The translations under genes were made by a program, and so were the position numbers. Shown piece after piece: positions 58,553 to 64,000 of a stretch of 64,000 bases of DNA. Position 1 is the first letter of the stretch; each line of letters starts with the position of its first letter. The notes under the pieces are model-generated. The model saw nothing but the letters and a program-made list of their open reading frames with translations. It did no database searches and was not told where the DNA came from. Origin of the DNA: the human T2T-CHM13v2.0 reference genome, Homo sapiens. The DNA is taken from assembly GCF_009914755.1 (NCBI RefSeq), contig NC_060933.1; one strand, written 5' to 3'.

Positions 58553-59274
58553 TGTAACTGCCCAACGGGTTCACCTTGTGTGCTGCCTATTCAGAGCTGA
58601 TTTATGAAGACAGGGGAACTGCAGAGGAGAAAGAGTAATTCACTCAGAGCCAGCTGTGCAGGAGACTGCAGTTTTATTATTACTCAAATCAGTCTCCTGG
58701 AGCATTCGGGCATCAGAGTTTTTAAAGATAATTTGACAGGTAGGGGTTTGGGAAGTGGGGAATGCTGATTGGTTAGGTCGGAGATGGAATCATAGCAGGT
58801 AGAAGTGAGTTTTTCTTGCTATCTTCTGTTCCTGGGTGGGATGGCAGAACTGGTTGGGCCAGATGGGTGGTGTCAGCTGATTGATCTAGTGCAGGGTCTG
58901 CAAAATATCTCAAGCACGGATCTTAGGTTTTATAATAGTGATGTTATTCCCAGAAGCAATTTGGGGAGGTTCAGACTCTTGGAGCCAGAGGCTGCATGAC
59001 CCCTAAAGTGATTTCTAATCTTGTAGCTAATTTGTTAGTCCTGCAAAGGCAGACTGGTCCCCGGGCAAGAAGGGGGTCTTTTTGGAAAATAGCTATTATC
59101 AATTTTGTTTCAGAGTCAAAACCATGAACTGAATTCCTTCCCGAAGTTAGTTCAGCCTATGCCCAGGAATGAACAAGGACAGCTTAATGGTTAGAAGCAA
59201 GATGGAACTGGTTAGGTCTGATTTCTTTCACTGTCATACTTTCCTTAGTTATGATTTTTGCAAAGGCAGTTTTG
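58553..59274 (-). mobile_element. LTR8-family (ERV1) solo LTR inserted in an L1MC-like relic
   Basis: gaagttagttcagcctatgcccaggaatgaacaaggacagctt...ttttgcaaaggcagttt; 4-bp TSD TTAG. Confidence 0.8.
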
Positions 59275-60332
59275 TTAGTGTGATACATTTGTTACAGTTA
59301 ATGAACTAATATTGGTACATTATTATTAACTAAAGAGTATTTTTTATTTATTTTATTAACTAAAAAATAAAGCTAAAATTCCATAGTTTATTCAGATTTC
59401 CTCAGTTTTTACCTTGAGTCTTTTTTGTTATTTCAGGATCTCATCCAGGATATTGCATTACACTTAGTTGTCATGTCTCCTTAGGCTTCTCTTGGTTGTA
59501 GTATTTTCTCAGACTTTTCTTGTTTCTCATGACCTTTTATTTAAAACATTCAATGCCTAAGACATCTAGTATAATTTTTAACATTGTAAGAGTGGAGAGC
59601 CTTGTCTGTCTTCTGACTGTAAGGGGACTGCTTTATAAGTTTTAAAGTATGCTGTTTGCCATGGATTTTGGTAGATACTCTTTATCAGATTAAGGAAATT
59701 CTATTTTCTTTCTTATTTTTTAAGCATTTTTGTCATGAAAAAGTATGGGGTTTTATCACATCTTTTTCTGCATCTGTTTGATCACATAGTTTTTCTCTTT
59801 TGATCTGTTTAATATGGTGAATTATATGAGTAGATTTTCAGATATTGAACTGGCCTAGCATTTAATACCCACCTGGACAGGCTATATGTACATTTATATG
59901 CTAACACACATATGTGTGCACACATATACATACATATTCACATATGAATATTACACACACTTATTTAATATGATAGATTTGGCCTAGTAATCTATTAATT
60001 AGGATTTTTGTCTCTATATTCATAAATGAAATTGGCCTGTAATTTTCCTTTCTTCTACTATCCCTGTCTGTTTTTTGTAGACAGATTTTGTAGCTTTTTT
60101 CTTAGCTGTCTTAACATTATTAATTATACTCTAGTTGGACTTAAGCTTTCTGTTTTGGGCCTGGAAGAGATTCATTAAATATAGCTTCTGAAAATATCTA
60201 CTCTGATCTCTTAGGTCTGCATTCTTCTTAATACTTAAAATTTTGGGATTCCTCATGGTTATGTCTATGTACTGTCTACAAAAATCATAATTATTTGTAG
60301 TGGCTATTATTTATAACCAAGTCCTTTTGTTA

Positions 60333-60887
<555 letters not shown>

Positions 60888-60989
60888 CTACCTCTGACAT
60901 TTGTACCATATTCTATTGCTTATAAAGTATATTTTATATACAAAAAGTGTTTTGTATTTTGGATCCCAACCATTTGAAATGCTCTTCAC

Positions 60990-61275
60990 CACTGATACTC
61001 ATAAGAGTGTTACGTACAACACCATCAACTTTTGTCTGGATTATTGCAATAATTATTTACCCTCATGTTCCCTACAGTTCATCTCATACAGCAGCCAGAT
61101 TGATCTTTTAAAAGTATAATCAAATCATAATTCTCTCATGCTTAAAACCCTAAAGGGCTTCTAAGTACACTAGAAAAGTTCGAATTCTTACCATGATTTA
61201 CAAATTCTGTTTTGCCAGTGCCTAGAACAAGGCCTTGCACGTAGTGGATACTCAATCAATATTTGTTGAGTTAAT
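60990..61275 (+). mobile_element. L2 3' relic
   Basis: cagcagccagattgatctttttaaaa...cagtgcctagaaca...gatactcaatcaatatttgttgagt. Confidence 0.65.
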
Positions 61276-62164
61276 AAGTAACTCATTCATTGGCAGTTTT
61301 AGAGAAGCATTGACTTGCCTCAGATCTCATAGCTTATGAATAAGTGACCACGTCAGGATGAGAACTCCAAATCTCATGTTTGCAAGTTGCCTGGCTGAGT
61401 TACATTTTTCTAATTATCCAATGGACCCTGAACCAGACTATTCTCACTGTCTTCCAGACTCTGTGTACCCCTGTTAATTTGTTTGTGCCTTTCTCTTTCT
61501 GTTTTGCCTTCTAAATCGGGCCCATCCTCAAGATTTGGACATAATTCTTTTCCTTTTATGGAACATTGTCTTATGTCTTCAGTACCGTGTACTTGTTTTT
61601 GTGGTGGTTGTGGTGGGTGGGATGGCGGAGGTTACAGTGCTAGTGGGAGAGGAACTCTTATAAATACCAGATATTGCACCACATGCTTAGGTAAGCAGTT
61701 CCACTTATTTCCCATGTGACCTTATGAGCAAAGAAGCACTATTACTTAAAAATGAGAAAACAGCCCCAGACAGGTTTTCACTTGCATCACCTGAATGGGG
61801 AAATCTTCTATACATTAGCCCCAGGAAAACTCAGAGGGCTGTGAAATATTCTAAGGATTCTAAGGCCAAACCTTCTCCAGCTGCCTGGCAGAGCTAGGTG
61901 GGTGCCCAGGTGCCCTTGGTCAGGACAGTTCTTCATTATCCTGCTTTATTTAGCCTGTCTCACTTGGCCAGGGCCATAACCAATAGTCTGGCCTATATGT
62001 CAACATCACACAGAGAAAATAGGAGCAGGATGTTCTGTTTCTGTTCAATAAAAATTTTGTTTCCAAACACTAAACCTTTTTATAGGTAGTTGTGATTTTT
62101 TTCCCTGTCTTTACTTGGGCTTCTGATTGTATTTATTTATTTATTTTCTCCTTTCTGCTTCTAG

Positions 62165-62222
62165 TATTCTAGTCAAGAAGAAAGCCAGAGGAAGCCATTG
62201 CCCACTGCTGCCGCCCAGTGTT
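62165..62222 (+). CDS. UNC13B: UNC13B coding exon 7, 58 nt: YSSQEESQRKPLPTAAAQC(S)
   Basis: Acceptor ttttctcctttctgcttctag, donor TGTT|gtaagt. In frame with exon 6 and matches the remembered UNC13B sequence. Confidence 0.94.
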
Positions 62223-62937
62223 GTAAGTGAGAAACTTGTCTATGAATCTCTTTTAATTGTAGCTTTCTGTCGCTTCTCTGAACATGGGTTATTCTGAGCT
62301 GGGGAGGGTGGAGATGTCATGTGTGTAAGCAGAAGATATTCCTGAAGCACATCTGTTCAGGCGCCTTTCTCTGATGGCTGTCTATCTATTAGCTTTAGGG
62401 AGACGTTTTTCGGTTTTGTATGGGGGGAGTAGGGCTCATCTTTTTTTCTACATTTGTTAGCTTCTACCCCTGGAGGAATGATTTAACCCCCTCTATCCCT
62501 GTTTACCTGTTATTATTCTTTAAGGCTCAGTTTAAATATCATCACTTCTGGGTAATCTTTGTGCTGTTTTCTCCTTCTCCCAAGTCTAACTTAGGTCTCT
62601 CCTGTGTGCTTCCATTTTACTGTGTGCACATCCATCATATGACATATATATATTTCTTTGACATGAACACAAAGTTTTAAAAGACATAGACATTGTTCCA
62701 TTTTATATTCTTTGCATTTGGCTCAACACCTATGCATAGTATACCTCAATAAAATTTGATAAATGATTGACTTATTTCTCCTGAGATTGATTTGTCAAGA
62801 TCACACAGATTAATTATTGAAATGAGCCATACGTTTTTGGTATATTGTTACCCTCTCCCCAGTTTCCCTCAAAACAGCTTGAGACACTAAAGGACTGACT
62901 TAGAGTCTGATCTATTTCGCTTTTTCAACCTGTGATA

Positions 62938-62979
62938 TGTGTGTGTGTGTGTGTGTGTAGGGGGATGCGGGGGGGGGGG
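62938..62979 (+). repeat. (TG)n microsatellite followed by G-runs
   Basis: Read directly. Confidence 0.9.
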
Positions 62980-63039
62980 ATTTTGATACTTTTGTGTTGC
63001 TCTGTTTTTTCTGAATCTCATGCCAAACTCCATCAACTA

Positions 63040-63660
<621 letters not shown>

Positions 63661-64000
63661 GTGTTATATTGATTCCTTCATATTGTTTCTGAAAAGGAAA
63701 ACCTTTGTCCATGGTTTGTGAATCTGTTGGTTGCCTTCAATTTGGTACATTCTATAGGCCCACTTTCCTGATAAAAGTAAAGGCCAATGGTAGAGGTGAA
63801 CTTTTTTTTCTTTATTTAAAGAAAACCTATTTTTCATATGATTTATTACTAACTTTTGTTTTTTGCTGTTTAGGACCGAACATTTAAGGTCATAGGAGGT
63901 CAGAAGAATCTGAATCCAAAACCAGGTTTTCAGGTTTACAGGTCCTTTTCAAAACTCATTGTAATGAGTTCATTGTGATTGATTTAATCTTTTAAACCTT

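Noticed and set aside
62959-62979. G-runs as a G-quadruplex element (also ~32380-32410)
   Set aside because: Possible, but common in low-complexity sequence; nothing here suggests function.

Overview
Primate genomic DNA, most likely human; a great ape cannot be excluded from the sequence alone. The window lies inside the + strand gene UNC13B (Munc13-2). It holds six small coding exons (exons 2-7: 30, 100, 118, 124, 74 and 58 nt, all AG/GT-bounded and phase-compatible). Spliced together they give ...[168 protein letters not shown]..., the N-terminal C2A domain and following linker. Exon 1 lies upstream of the window. The rest is intron, dense in transposable elements: about 37 Alus or Alu fragments, two ~4.5 kb 5'-truncated antisense L1PA copies, older L1M/L2/MIR relics, a two-LTR MST (MaLR) element, solo LTRs (MST, MLT1, MLT2, MER11, LTR8) and hAT relics. 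Apart from the ORFs overlapping exons 4 and 6, the ORF-track entries are repeat-derived or chance ORFs. Most notable observations: (1) the two L1PA copies 46 kb apart share many apparently private substitutions despite different subfamily-type 3' ends, suggesting gene conversion; (2) a 36-nt in-frame candidate exon with strong splice sites in intron 5; (3) cryptic splice sites next to UG repeats, a TDP-43-type arrangement; (4) exons 2-7 form a stop-free 504-nt cassette that could circularise in frame; (5) a tandem duplication preserves the empty site of one L1; (6) a twin-priming inversion in an old L1; (7) palindromic AT-rich expansions inside Alus. Repeat subfamily names come from remembered consensus sequences, and repeat boundaries are approximate unless a TSD is given.
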